DNA from: Actinomycetes bacterium
GTDB lineage: Bacteria > Actinomycetota > Acidimicrobiia > Acidimicrobiales > CADCSY01
Direction of reading: 5' to 3'
Length of the DNA stretch: 64,000 bases
NCBI GenBank assembly: GCA_031399525.1
Contig: JANNOZ010000005.1
Span: 17,056-81,055, forward strand
Positions 52,962 through 62,396 of the stretch are shown piece by piece (the first letter of the stretch is position 1; each line of letters begins with the position of its first letter). The notes beneath the pieces were generated by a model, which was not told the origin of the DNA, did no database searches, and saw only the letters and a program-made list of their open reading frames with translations. The position numbers were made by a program, and so were the translations under genes.

Positions 52962-54077
52962 TCAGGTCGGCAGTACCAGCACCGGCTTGACGGCCTCGCC
53001 CGACTCGGCGCTGGCGACTGCGTCGTCGATGGCGTCGAAGCCGAAGGTGCTGATCAATCGGTCGAACGGGAAGCGGCCGGCCAGGTGGAGGTCGAGCAAG
53101 GTCGGGATGAACGTGGCCGGGTCGCTGTCGCCCATGACCGTGCCCACGATGCGGCGGCCGCCGTCGATGAGGTCGAGCACGTTGACGCCGAACTCGGCGC
53201 CGAACGGCGCGGCGCCGATGATGCAGCAGGTGCCGTTGGCGGCCAGCAGCTCGATAGCCCGGTGGATGACGTCGAGGTTGCCGGTCGAGTCGAGCGCGTA
53301 GTCAGACCCTTCGCCGCGGGTGAGGTCACGGACTGCGTCGTCGACGTCGTCGGTCGACGCGTCGATGACCGCAGTGGCCCCCAGCTCGGTGGCCAGGGCC
53401 AAGCGGGCGGGAACTCGATCGACGGCCACGATGGTGGTGGCGCCGGTGAGCCGGGCGGCCATGACGGCGCTGAGCCCTACCGCGCCGGCGCCGTAGATGA
53501 CCACCGACGATCCCGGACTCGGCTTGAGCACGTTGAGGATCCCACCGGCACCGGTCTGGATCCCGCAGGCCAGCGGCCCGACCACTTCGAGGGGCACCGC
53601 GTCGGGCACCAGCACCGCCGATCGGGCGGGGACGACGGCGTAGCCGGCCATCGAGGACTGGCCGAAGAAGTGGCCGTGGACCACCTGGTCGCCCTGGCCC
53701 AGGGTGGGGCTGCCGTCGAGGCGGGCACCGCCGCGCAGGTTGAGGTCGCGGAAGTGGCGGCAATAGCCCGGGCGCCCCTGGCGACAGCGTGGGCACTGGC
53801 CACAGGACGCATAGCTCACCACCACCCGATTGCCGGGCGCGAACGCGGTGACATCGGCCCCCACCGCTTCGACGACCCCAGCTCCTTCGTGGCCGAGCAC
53901 CGCCGGCAGCGGGTAGGGCATGGCTCCGCCGGCCACGTTGAGATCGGTGTGGCAGACCCCGGTGGCGACGATCCGCACCAGCAACTCGTCGGGCCGCGGG
54001 TCGTCGACTTGGACCTCCTCGACGGCGAAGCCGCCCCCGACCTCTCGAACGACGGCAGCCTGCGTGGTCGTGGTCAC
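52962..54077 (-). CDS. zinc-dependent NAD(P) alcohol dehydrogenase (aryl-alcohol dehydrogenase-like)
   Basis: GVCHTDL, GHEGAGVVEAVG, structural-zinc cysteines CGQCPRCRQGRPGYC, Rossmann IYGAGAVGL. GTG at 54077. Confidence 0.85.
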   Translation of the reverse strand: MTTTTQAAVVREVGGGFAVEEVQVDDPRPDELLVRIVATGVCHTDLNVAGGAMPYPLPAVLGHEGAGVVEAVGADVTAFAPGNRVVVSYASCGQCPRCRQGRPGYCRHFRDLNLRGGARLDGSPTLGQGDQVVHGHFFGQSSMAGYAVVPARSAVLVPDAVPLEVVGPLACGIQTGAGGILNVLKPSPGSSVVIYGAGAVGLSAVMAARLTGATTIVAVDRVPARLALATELGATAVIDASTDDVDDAVRDLTRGEGSDYALDSTGNLDVIHRAIELLAANGTCCIIGAAPFGAEFGVNVLDLIDGGRRIVGTVMGDSDPATFIPTLLDLHLAGRFPFDRLISTFGFDAIDDAVASAESGEAVKPVLVLPT

Positions 54078-54496
54078 CCCGGCAGTCTTTCCGACACCGG
54101 TGGCGGGGGTTCGCCGATGCGCATCGAGCGGGATTGCCCCAGGGCGACGAGTCGACCAGCTTGGTCGGCGACCTCGATGTCGAACACGGCCGAGCTGCGC
54201 CCCGCGTGTCGGCGCCGGGCGGTGGCGGTGAGGACCGCACCGACGACCGCCGGGCGGATGAATTCGGTGCTCACCGAGGCGGTCACCATGGCCCCGCGAT
54301 CGTTGGCCAGAAGGCCTTGGACGGTGTCGACCAGGGTGAGCAGGACGCCGCCGTGGAGGAAGCCGTGCAGGTTGGCCATGTCGTCGCGCACGACCATTCG
54401 CAGCACGAGGCGGTCGGCGTCCTGGTCGACCCGCTCGATGCCCAGCCGTCCGGCCACGCTGTCGGGTGCCAGCGAACTCTCGTGGTCGTTGTCCAT
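54074..54496 (-). CDS. PaaI-family hotdog-fold thioesterase
   Basis: MANLHGFLHGGVLLTLVDT motif. GTGA overlap with the downstream dehydrogenase gene. ATG at 54496. Confidence 0.7.
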   Translation of the reverse strand: MDNDHESSLAPDSVAGRLGIERVDQDADRLVLRMVVRDDMANLHGFLHGGVLLTLVDTVQGLLANDRGAMVTASVSTEFIRPAVVGAVLTATARRRHAGRSSAVFDIEVADQAGRLVALGQSRSMRIGEPPPPVSERLPG

Positions 54497-54564
54497 GGGC
54501 GAATGGTGCCACCAGGCAGCGCCGACGCGACGGGCACACCGACGAGCGCCTACACTGGCCATCG

Positions 54565-54603
54565 ATGCACGCACGCCCCGCCTTCGTGTACATCATCACC
54601 TAG
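54565..54603 (+). promoter_or_regulatory. candidate leader peptide ORF (MHARPAFVYIIT) upstream of leuB-ilvE-cimA
   Basis: 12-codon ORF ending Phe-Val-Tyr-Ile-Ile-Thr-TAG. Same ACC-TAG-CGCAC junction as the ilvB leader. TACACT lies 8 nt upstream of the ATG. Confidence 0.45.
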
Positions 54604-54630
54604 CGCACGTCGTCCCCGACGTGCGCTCTT

Positions 54631-54658
54631 GACCGCCCCGAGGGGCGGTCTTTCGCTT
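54631..54658 (+). terminator. attenuator/intrinsic terminator upstream of leuB
   Basis: GACCGCCCC-GA-GGGGCGGTC 9-bp stem followed by TTTCGCTT. Preceded by the perfect 10-bp hairpin GCGCACGTCG-TCCC-CGACGTGCGC (54603..54626). Confidence 0.55.
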
Positions 54659-54711
54659 GTCAGGGGCCAGTTGGCATTGGTCATCAGAGCCAGAGAAGAC
54701 AGGAGCACCCA

Positions 54712-55713
54712 ATGGCCCACCGGGTCGGGATCATCGCAGGAGACGGCATCGGCCCCGAAGTCATCGCCGAGGCCCTGAAGGTCGTGGCCGCGACCGGTGT
54801 GGACCTCGACACGATCGACTACGACCTCGGTGGTCGTCACTATCTGGCCACCGGCGAGATCCTCCCCGATTCGGTGGTCGACGAGTGGCGGGGCCTCGAC
54901 GCTCTGTTGCTGGGCGCCATCGGCACGCCCGAGACGCCCCCGGGCGTTCTCGAGCGTGGGCTGCTGTTGAAGCTGCGGTTCGACCTCGACCTCTACATCA
55001 ACCTGCGGCCGTTCTCGGGCCTGGCCCGCCCGCCGGGCCAGGAGCCCCGCGAGGTCGACTTCGTGGTCATCCGCGAGAACACCGAGGGCACCTACGCCGG
55101 CGAGGGCGGGTTCCTGCGCCCCGGCACCCCCTACGAGATCGCTACCCAGGGGTCGGTCAACACCCGCCACGGTGTCGAGCGGGCCGTGCGCTTCGCCTAC
55201 GGACTGGCCGCCCAGCGTGCTCGTCAGCACCTCACGCTGGTCCACAAGACCAACGTGTTGCAGTTCTCGGGCGCCCTCTGGCAGCGGACCTTCGACCAGG
55301 TCGGCGAGGAGTATCCCGGCATCGAGACCGCCTATCAGCACATCGACGCGGCCTGCATCCACCTGGTCCAGGACCCAGGCCGTTTCGACGTGATCGTGAC
55401 CGACAACCTCTTCGGTGACATCCTCACCGACCTGGCTGGGGCGGTCACCGGGGGCATCGGGTTCGCCAGCTCGGCCAACCTCAACCCCGATCGCACGGGC
55501 CCCTCCATGTTCGAGCCGGTCCACGGCTCGGCCCCCGACATCGCCGGCACCGGGACGGCCAACCCGATCGCCGCCATCCTCTCCGCCGCCCTCATGCTCG
55601 AGCACCTGGGCGAACACGATGCCGCGGCCCGGATTCACAAATCCGTGGCCGCTTCCAAGGACATGACCGGTTCGACGGTCGAGATCGGCGACGCCGTCGC
55701 AGAAAGGGTTTGA
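54712..55713 (+). CDS. leuB: 3-isopropylmalate dehydrogenase
   Basis: [46 protein letters not shown]. Confidence 0.93.
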   Translation: MAHRVGIIAGDGIGPEVIAEALKVVAATGVDLDTIDYDLGGRHYLATGEILPDSVVDEWRGLDALLLGAIGTPETPPGVLERGLLLKLRFDLDLYINLRPFSGLARPPGQEPREVDFVVIRENTEGTYAGEGGFLRPGTPYEIATQGSVNTRHGVERAVRFAYGLAAQRARQHLTLVHKTNVLQFSGALWQRTFDQVGEEYPGIETAYQHIDAACIHLVQDPGRFDVIVTDNLFGDILTDLAGAVTGGIGFASSANLNPDRTGPSMFEPVHGSAPDIAGTGTANPIAAILSAALMLEHLGEHDAAARIHKSVAASKDMTGSTVEIGDAVAERV

Positions 55714-55716
55714 GCA

Positions 55717-56634
55717 ATGCCCATCGAGAAGAGCGAGAAGATCTGGATGAACGGCGAGCTCGTCGACTGGGACGACGCCACCGTGCACATCCTCACCCAC
55801 TCCCTGCACTACGGGTTCGGGGTGTTCGAAGGCATCCGGGCCTACGAGACGTCGCAGGGCACCGCCGTGTTTCGCCTCACCGACCACATGAAGCGCCTCG
55901 AGCGCTCGGCCAAGATCTTCGACCTACCCATGCCGTACTCGGCGGGCGAGCTGGTCGATGCGACCAAGGAGCTGCTCCGAGTCAACGAGATGGGGAGCTG
56001 CTACATCCGCCCCATCGTCTACATCGGCTACGGCGAGATGGGGCTCAACCCCATCGGGCTGCAGGTCGACGCGGCCATCGCTGCGTGGCCGTGGGGCCTC
56101 TACCTGGGCGAGGACAGCGTGCGCCACGGCGTGCGCATGAAGATCTCCAGCTGGCAACGCCACAACCCCAACGCCATCCCTCCGGCGGCCAAGGGCACCG
56201 GCATGTACATCAACTCGATCCTGGCCAAGATCGAGGCGGTCAAAGCCGGCTACGACGAGGCCATCCTGCTCTCGCCTCAGGGATATGTGTCGGAGTGCAC
56301 CGGCGAGAACATCTTCGTCGTGGTCGACGGCGCCATCGTGACCCCGCCGGTGAGCGCCGGCGCCCTCGAAGGCATCACCCAGGACTCGATCCTCACCGTG
56401 GCCCGCGACCTGGGTATCGAGTGCCGGTTCGAGAACATCTTGCGCTCCGATCTGTACACCGCGGACGAGGCGTTCCTGTCGGGCACTGCGGCGGAGGTGG
56501 TTCCCATCCGCGCCATCGACGATCGGGTTCTGGGCGAGCCCGGCCCGGTGACCCGCCAGATGCAGGAGGTCATCGCCGCCGCGTGTCGGGGCGAGCTCGA
56601 CCGGTACAAGGACTGGAACGAACATGTCTCCTGA
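55717..56634 (+). CDS. ilvE: branched-chain amino acid aminotransferase
   Basis: IWMNGELVDWDDATVHILTHSLHYGFGVFEGIRAY, AAKGTGMYINS (PLP lysine), ECTGENIF. Confidence 0.9.
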   Translation: MPIEKSEKIWMNGELVDWDDATVHILTHSLHYGFGVFEGIRAYETSQGTAVFRLTDHMKRLERSAKIFDLPMPYSAGELVDATKELLRVNEMGSCYIRPIVYIGYGEMGLNPIGLQVDAAIAAWPWGLYLGEDSVRHGVRMKISSWQRHNPNAIPPAAKGTGMYINSILAKIEAVKAGYDEAILLSPQGYVSECTGENIFVVVDGAIVTPPVSAGALEGITQDSILTVARDLGIECRFENILRSDLYTADEAFLSGTAAEVVPIRAIDDRVLGEPGPVTRQMQEVIAAACRGELDRYKDWNEHVS

Positions 56635-58222
56635 ACGCCCCTCGCTGCCTGCTGCAGTCGAGATCTTCGACACCACCTTGCGCGACGGGAGCCAGCTCGA
56701 AGGCATCTCGCTCACCGTCGAAGACAAGCTGCGGGTCGCCGAGCAGCTCGACCTGCTCGGCGTCCACTACATCGAAGGGGGCTGGCCCGGGGCCAACCCC
56801 AAGGACACCGAGTTCTTTGCTCGGGCCCCCCAGGAGCTCAACCTCGAGACGGCCACTCTGGTGGCGTTCGGCTCGACCCGGCGAGCGGGAGGCGATGCGG
56901 CCACCGATCCGGTGTTGGCCAACCTGGTGGCGGCCAACACCTCCACTGTGTGCATCGTGGCCAAGAGCTGGGACTACCACGTCCTCGAGGCCTTGCGGAC
57001 CACGCTCGACGAGGCCGTGGCCATGGTGGCCGACTCGGTGCGCTTCCTGGTCGACGCCGGCCTGACCGTGTTCGTCGATGCCGAGCACTTCTTCGATGGC
57101 TACAAGCGCAACCCTGACTTTGCCTTGCGGGTCCTCGATGCTGCGGCCGACGCCGGGGCATCGTGCCTGGTGCTGTGTGACACCAACGGCGGGTGCCTGC
57201 CCCACGAGATCGAGCCGGTCGTGGCCGACGTCGTGGCCCGCTTCAGCCCGTTGGCGGTGGGCATCCACACCCAGAACGACACCGGCTGTGCGGTGCCCAA
57301 CGCCATTGCCGCGGTGTTGGCCGGGGCCACCCAGGTGCAGGTGACGATGAACGGCTACGGCGAGCGCACCGGCAACTGCGACCTCACCCAACTGGTGCCC
57401 GACCTCACCCTGAAGATGGGCATCGCCACCTTGCCCGAGGGTCGCCTCGAGCACCTGACCGAGGTGAGCCACCACATCGCCGAACTGGTCAACATGCCCC
57501 TGTCGTCCCATGCCCCCTACGTGGGGCCCTCCGCGTTCGCCCACAAGGCCGGGCTGCACACGTCAGCCATCGCCCGGGGCGGCACCGACGCCTACGAGCA
57601 CGTCGACCCGACGTTGGTGGGCAACCACACCCGCATGCCGGTGTCGGAGTACGCCGGGCGGGCGTCGGTGTTGTCCAAGGCCAAGGAGATCGGCATCGAC
57701 ATCGGCGACGACGTGGTCGCGGCCGTGCTCGAAGAGCTCAAGGAGCTGGAGAACCGGGGCTACCACTTCGAGGTGGCCGACGGGTCGCTCGAGTTGCTGA
57801 TGCGCCGGGCCGCCGGGTGGGAGCACCACTACTTCGAGATCGAATCGTTCAAGGCGTCCGTCGAGCATCGGGACGACGGCACCTACGTGTCCGAAGCGAC
57901 GGTGAAGTTGGTCGTCGACGGCGAGCGGTTGATCTCCACCGCCGAGGGCAACGGTCCGGTCAACGCCCTGGACGCTGCGGTGCGGGGCGCCATCGGCCGG
58001 CGCTACCCCCAGTTGGGCTCGTTGCACCTGGTCGATTACAAGGTCCGGGTGCTCGACACCGGCTCCGCGGGCACCGGTGCCGTCACCCGGGTGCTGATCG
58101 ACTCGACCGACGGCGAGCGCACGTGGACCACCATCGGGGTGTCGGAGAACATCATCGAAGCGTCGTGGCAGGCGCTGTCCGACTCGCTGGTCTTCGGCCT
58201 GCTCCACTCGGGCGATCGCTGA
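56624..58222 (+). CDS. cimA: citramalate synthase (CimA-type member of the 2-isopropylmalate synthase family)
   Basis: DTTLRDGSQ, the length (~530 aa) and the C-terminal regulatory block YHFEVADGSLELLMRR...GVSENIIEASWQAL match the CimA subfamily as I recall it. The alternative is leuA-like. 11-nt overlap with ilvE. Confidence 0.75.
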   Translation: MSPERPSLPAAVEIFDTTLRDGSQLEGISLTVEDKLRVAEQLDLLGVHYIEGGWPGANPKDTEFFARAPQELNLETATLVAFGSTRRAGGDAATDPVLANLVAANTSTVCIVAKSWDYHVLEALRTTLDEAVAMVADSVRFLVDAGLTVFVDAEHFFDGYKRNPDFALRVLDAAADAGASCLVLCDTNGGCLPHEIEPVVADVVARFSPLAVGIHTQNDTGCAVPNAIAAVLAGATQVQVTMNGYGERTGNCDLTQLVPDLTLKMGIATLPEGRLEHLTEVSHHIAELVNMPLSSHAPYVGPSAFAHKAGLHTSAIARGGTDAYEHVDPTLVGNHTRMPVSEYAGRASVLSKAKEIGIDIGDDVVAAVLEELKELENRGYHFEVADGSLELLMRRAAGWEHHYFEIESFKASVEHRDDGTYVSEATVKLVVDGERLISTAEGNGPVNALDAAVRGAIGRRYPQLGSLHLVDYKVRVLDTGSAGTGAVTRVLIDSTDGERTWTTIGVSENIIEASWQALSDSLVFGLLHSGDR

Positions 58223-58740
58223 TGGCTGCCCCCGAACATGTCTCAACCGTTGACAAGGTCGCCCCTCCCACCGGACTCGACCTGCCGGTGCCCACGGAGG
58301 TGCCGCGCCCGGCTCGACCGGCAGAACCCGGCGTGCTCGACCGCCGCCGTCCGGGGATGGGTTCGCCCGGTCCCGACCAGGGCTATGCGCTCGTGTTGGT
58401 CAGGGCGTTCCGCAGCCGAGTGGTGTTGGCCCCTGGTGAACACCTCGACGATGTGCTGGCCGGCGGGGTGGCGGTGGCCATGGCCCGGGCGTCGGTGTTC
58501 GGGCGGGCGCCGGTGATTCACGACCTCGAGCTGGCCTTCGCCGTCTGGGGCTTTCTGTCCGACAAGCCGCCGGCCGAGCTGGTGGCCGAACGGGGTCCCC
58601 GCTTCGCCGGTGCGGCCCATCACTACTGGGATCGGCGGGCCCTGGTCGATGCCGTGCCCGAGGCCACGTTGCGCCTCACCCCGGCCGAGGTCGCCCGCCG
58701 GATCGACACCGACTGGCGGGCTTTGCTCGACCTGAGCTGA
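58222..58740 (+). CDS. hypothetical protein translationally coupled to cimA
   Basis: TGATG junction with cimA. 172 aa with no recognisable motif. Confidence 0.45.
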   Translation: MAAPEHVSTVDKVAPPTGLDLPVPTEVPRPARPAEPGVLDRRRPGMGSPGPDQGYALVLVRAFRSRVVLAPGEHLDDVLAGGVAVAMARASVFGRAPVIHDLELAFAVWGFLSDKPPAELVAERGPRFAGAAHHYWDRRALVDAVPEATLRLTPAEVARRIDTDWRALLDLS

Positions 58741-58759
58741 GTGTCCCGGCCCCACGTCT

Positions 58760-59347
58760 ATGGGTGATCTGTTCCGGGCGTTCGGCACGGTGTTCGCCGC
58801 CGAACTGCCCGATAAGACGATGATCGCCACCATCGTTCTGGTCACTCGCTACCGACGCCCTGGCTGGGTGTGGGTGGGGGTGGCGGCTGCGTTCGCCGTG
58901 CATGTCGTGGTGGCCACTGCGGCCGGCGGCGCGCTCGGCCTGTTGCCTGACGTGGTGGTCAAGCTGGTGGTGGCGGCCCTGTTCAGCGCCGGGGCCATCC
59001 TCCTGTTTCGCGCTGCTCGGGGTGCCGACGAGTCGGTGGCGCTGGCACCCATCGAGGCGACGGCCACGGTTCGAGCCACCGTGGTCGGCAGCTTCGGCCT
59101 GGTCCTGCTGGCCGAGTGGGGCGACTTGACCCAGCTGGCGACCGCGAGTCTGGCGGCGACCAGCGGTCAGCCGCTGGCAACGGGTGTGGGCGCCTGGCTG
59201 GCCCTCGCCTCGGTGGCTGCGATCGCCGCCACCGTCGGACGCAAGCTGGTGGCCCGTGTGCCCATCCACAAGATCAACTACCTCGGCGCGTGCGTCTTCG
59301 GAGCGCTTGCGGTCTGGACTCTGGCCGAACTCGCCTACGCCGGCTGA
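58760..59347 (+). CDS. UPF0016 (TMEM165/GDT1) family cation transporter
   Basis: Two E-x-G-D-[KR/L]-T type repeats (AELPDKT and AEWGDLT) in a 6-TM protein. Confidence 0.75.
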   Translation: MGDLFRAFGTVFAAELPDKTMIATIVLVTRYRRPGWVWVGVAAAFAVHVVVATAAGGALGLLPDVVVKLVVAALFSAGAILLFRAARGADESVALAPIEATATVRATVVGSFGLVLLAEWGDLTQLATASLAATSGQPLATGVGAWLALASVAAIAATVGRKLVARVPIHKINYLGACVFGALAVWTLAELAYAG

Positions 59348-60042
59348 TTGACGGCCGTTCGGCGGCGGGCCTGGCGGAGGGGTTCGGCGAACATGGTGGT
59401 GTCGAACCAACCAGGAAACGATCGGGCCAGGCGGCTCGGGCCGATCGTGCGGGCCTGGCCGGCATCGACCAGATCGCGGAAGCGGGCCATCCCCAGCAGC
59501 CAGGAGTGCATGGCCCGGTTGTCGGCGGTGACGACCAGGTCGACGTCGTAGCCCGGATCGATCATGCAGGCCGTGCTCTCACCTCGGTCGAGGACCAACC
59601 ACGATCGTCCGCCGCCGACGCCGGTGAACGAGCACTCCACCACGGTTCGGCCCGTCGGCAGCTTGTCCTCGACCACGTTCTGGTGCATCCGCCACACCAG
59701 CCAGTGAGCATCCAGTTCTTCGTCGGCCGGATCACCGAACGCCCACTTGGCCGCCCAGTTGCCTAGGCCCCACACCACCGGCTCGAGATCGCGGCCGGCC
59801 TCGGTGAGGCGGTATTCGACCGAGCGACCAGGTCCGTTCGACTCCCTGGTCACGACGCCCCGGCGTTCGAGCGAGCGCAGACGCTGGGACAGCAACGTCC
59901 GGCTCATCTTGGGCAGCCCCCGGTGGATCTCGTTGAAGCCCCGGCAGCCGATCATGAGCTCGCGCAGGACGAGGGGCGTCCATCGGTCGGCGAACAGTTC
60001 GGCTCCGACGGCGATCGGGCAGTACTCGCGGTAGGTGGGCAC
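59335..60042 (-). CDS. HxlR-family transcriptional regulator with C-terminal extension
   Basis: CPIAVGAELFADRWTPLVLRELMIGCRGFNEIHRGLPKMSRTLLSQRLRSLERRGVV. GTG at 60042. Confidence 0.75.
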   Translation of the reverse strand: MPTYREYCPIAVGAELFADRWTPLVLRELMIGCRGFNEIHRGLPKMSRTLLSQRLRSLERRGVVTRESNGPGRSVEYRLTEAGRDLEPVVWGLGNWAAKWAFGDPADEELDAHWLVWRMHQNVVEDKLPTGRTVVECSFTGVGGGRSWLVLDRGESTACMIDPGYDVDLVVTADNRAMHSWLLGMARFRDLVDAGQARTIGPSRLARSFPGWFDTTMFAEPLRQARRRTAVNQPA

Positions 60043-60274
60043 CGTCCCATTGTCCTGCCGTCCACCGAACCAAGCCAGTACGGATTCTGTACCGCCCCGA
60101 AACCGTCGCTGACCTGCGGTCTTCGGCGTCGCGAAGTCGCTCGAAACCCGGTCGTTGGCCGGCTGGGCACGTTCCCGGCCGGTCCAGTCTTCGCACTCCC
60201 CAACTCGATCGGGGTCGGTCACGGTGTCACCACAGGCCGACGACGAGCGGCCCCGATCCCGAGGAGGGACCACC

Positions 60275-61126
60275 ATGACCATGACCATCACGACCACCCC
60301 CGAGTCGACGACCACTCCGGCCGTCGATCTGGGCGCAGTGAAGGCCCGCCAGCAAGCGATGTGGGCTTCCGGCGACTTCTCCGTCGTCGCCTCTCGAGTC
60401 GTGCTGCCGTCCGAGCAACTGGTCGACAGCGCCGACCTCCGGGCCGGGTGGCGCGTCCTCGACGTCGCCACCGGCAGTGGCAACGCCGCGCTGGCCGCTG
60501 CCCGTCACGGCCTCGGTGTGGTCGGTGTCGACTACGTGCCCTCGCTGCTCGAAGTCGGCCGAGCCCGAGCCGCGGCCGAGGGCCTCGACGTCACGTTCCT
60601 CGACGGCGACGCCGAGAACCTCCCCGTCGAAGACGGATCATTCGACGCCGTGCTCTCGGTCTTCGGGGCCATGTTCGCGCCTGACCAACAGCGGGCGGCC
60701 GACGAGCTGGCCCGAGCTTGCCGGCCCGGCGGGACCATCGCTCTCGCCTCCTGGGTGCCCGGTGGATACCTGGGCGAGGTGTTCGCCGTGACCGGCCAAC
60801 ACGTGGCGCCCACCCCCGGCGTGGCATCGCCCATGCTGTGGGGCACCGAAGAGCACCTGGCCGATCTGTTCGGCGATCGGGTGTCGGCCATCTCGAGCGT
60901 CGAGCGGGTCTGCACCTTCCGCTTCGGCTCGCCCGACGAGCTGGTCAGCTTCTTCCGCCGCTGGTACGGGCCCACCCTCAAGGCGTTTGACGCCCTCGAC
61001 GCCGACGGCCAGCGAGCGTTGGCGGCCGACCTGGCCTCAGTCGCCTCGCGCTGGGACCGCAACCGCGACGGCGGCTCCCTGGCGGTGCCAGGCGCCTACC
61101 TCGAGGCGGTGCTCACCCGGTCATGA
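60275..61126 (+). CDS. class I SAM-dependent methyltransferase
   Basis: VLDVATGSGNAAL motif I and FDAVLSVFGAMF. GAGGAGGGA SD. Divergent from the HxlR gene. Confidence 0.75.
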   Translation: MTMTITTTPESTTTPAVDLGAVKARQQAMWASGDFSVVASRVVLPSEQLVDSADLRAGWRVLDVATGSGNAALAAARHGLGVVGVDYVPSLLEVGRARAAAEGLDVTFLDGDAENLPVEDGSFDAVLSVFGAMFAPDQQRAADELARACRPGGTIALASWVPGGYLGEVFAVTGQHVAPTPGVASPMLWGTEEHLADLFGDRVSAISSVERVCTFRFGSPDELVSFFRRWYGPTLKAFDALDADGQRALAADLASVASRWDRNRDGGSLAVPGAYLEAVLTRS

Positions 61127-61174
61127 GCCGGGGCCCGAGCGGCCCAGCCGGCACGGCAGCCGGCTGGGCCGGTA

Positions 61175-61208
61175 CCGGCCGGTAGCGTCGGGGCCCGCAT
61201 GGCGACCA
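61175..61208 (+). repeat. 34-nt direct repeat, copy 1 (includes the M48 peptidase start codon)
   Basis: CCGGCCGGTAGCGTCGGGGCCCGCATGGCGACCA. 32 of 34 positions identical to 63563..63596. Confidence 0.85.
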
Positions 61209-62374
61209 CGGCGATGTCTCTGTCTCACTGGCGCCGGGTCCCGGCCTCGGCCGCCGATTGGTTCGACGCCGACGAGTTGGCCCAGGCCAAGGCCTACAAC
61301 GACCCGGTGAACCGGTGGCGCCTGGCCCGAGGTGCCGTGAGCGCGGCGCTGTTGGTGGTCTGGATCGTGGCCCAGTTCGCTCCCCGGTTGGTCGACGGGC
61401 TCGGCCTGACGAATTGGGTGGTGCAGCTCGTGGTCATCGTGGTGGCCCTCGAGGTGAGCACCCTGGTCGTCACCCTGCCATTCGATGCGTGGCGACAGTT
61501 GTCCTACGACCGGCGCTGGGGCCTCTCCACCCAGAGCGCCGGACCCTTCGCCCTCGACGTGGCCAAAGAGCTCGGCGTGGGCCTGGCCATGAACGTGGTG
61601 CTGCTCGTCCCGCTGTGGGCGGTGATCCGCGCCACCGACCTGTGGTGGCTGTGGGGCTGGATGCTCTTCGCCTCCTTCACCGTGTTGCTGGGCTTGCTCT
61701 ACCCGATCGTGATCGCCCCGATCTTCAACAAGTTCACCCCCCTCGAAGACGGTGAGCTGTCGTCTCGGATCATGGCCACCGCGGCTCGCACCGAGCTGCC
61801 CATCTCCGGGGTGCTGGTCGCCGACGCCAGCAAGCGCTCGACCGCCGGCAACGCGTACGTCGCCGGGCTGGGTCGCACTCGACGGGTCGTGGTCTTCGAC
61901 ACCCTGCTGGAGTGGCCACCGGCCACCGTCGAGCAGGTCGTGGCCCACGAGCTGGGCCACTGGCGCTTCGCCCACCTGCGTCGCAAGCTGCCGGTGCTCA
62001 TCGGCGCCGAGCTGGCCATGTTCCTGGTCACCTGGGCTGTGCTCCAGTGGGATCCGCTGCTGAGTCTGGCCGGCGTCGACTCGGTCCGCGAACCGGCCGC
62101 CCTGCCGCTGTTCATGGCCGTCTTCCCCCTCTGCTACATAGCTCTCCAGCTCGGCTCGTCGTACCTGTCCCGAGCCGACGAGCGCCAAGCCGACCTCTAC
62201 GCCCTCGAGATCCTGGGCGACCCCGAGGCGTTCTCCGACGTGTTCCGCCGCCTGGCCGACAAGAACAAGGCCGACATCGAGCCGTCGTGGTGGAAGCGGG
62301 TCACCGCTAGCCACCCGCCCATCCCCGAGCGCCTGGCCATGGCCCACCAGTGGGCCGGATCGAAGCTCCCATGA
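61199..62374 (+). CDS. M48-family zinc metallopeptidase (Ste24/HtpX-like)
   Basis: HELGHW zinc motif, multiple TM helices, C-terminal SHPPIPERL. Confidence 0.8.
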   Translation: MATTAMSLSHWRRVPASAADWFDADELAQAKAYNDPVNRWRLARGAVSAALLVVWIVAQFAPRLVDGLGLTNWVVQLVVIVVALEVSTLVVTLPFDAWRQLSYDRRWGLSTQSAGPFALDVAKELGVGLAMNVVLLVPLWAVIRATDLWWLWGWMLFASFTVLLGLLYPIVIAPIFNKFTPLEDGELSSRIMATAARTELPISGVLVADASKRSTAGNAYVAGLGRTRRVVVFDTLLEWPPATVEQVVAHELGHWRFAHLRRKLPVLIGAELAMFLVTWAVLQWDPLLSLAGVDSVREPAALPLFMAVFPLCYIALQLGSSYLSRADERQADLYALEILGDPEAFSDVFRRLADKNKADIEPSWWKRVTASHPPIPERLAMAHQWAGSKLP

Positions 62375-62396
62375 GCCCGCCTCGTCGTGCGCTGGA

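Noticed and set aside
60078-60092. GTAC-N7-GTAC in the HxlR/methyltransferase divergent region as an HxlR operator
   Set aside because: Two self-complementary 4-mers are too little information to call a binding site. It is plausible but unsupported.
60275-60300. ATGACCATGACCATCACGACCACC tandem-like sequence at the methyltransferase start
   Set aside because: It is a short low-complexity Thr/Met coding run (MTMTITTT), not a repeat element.
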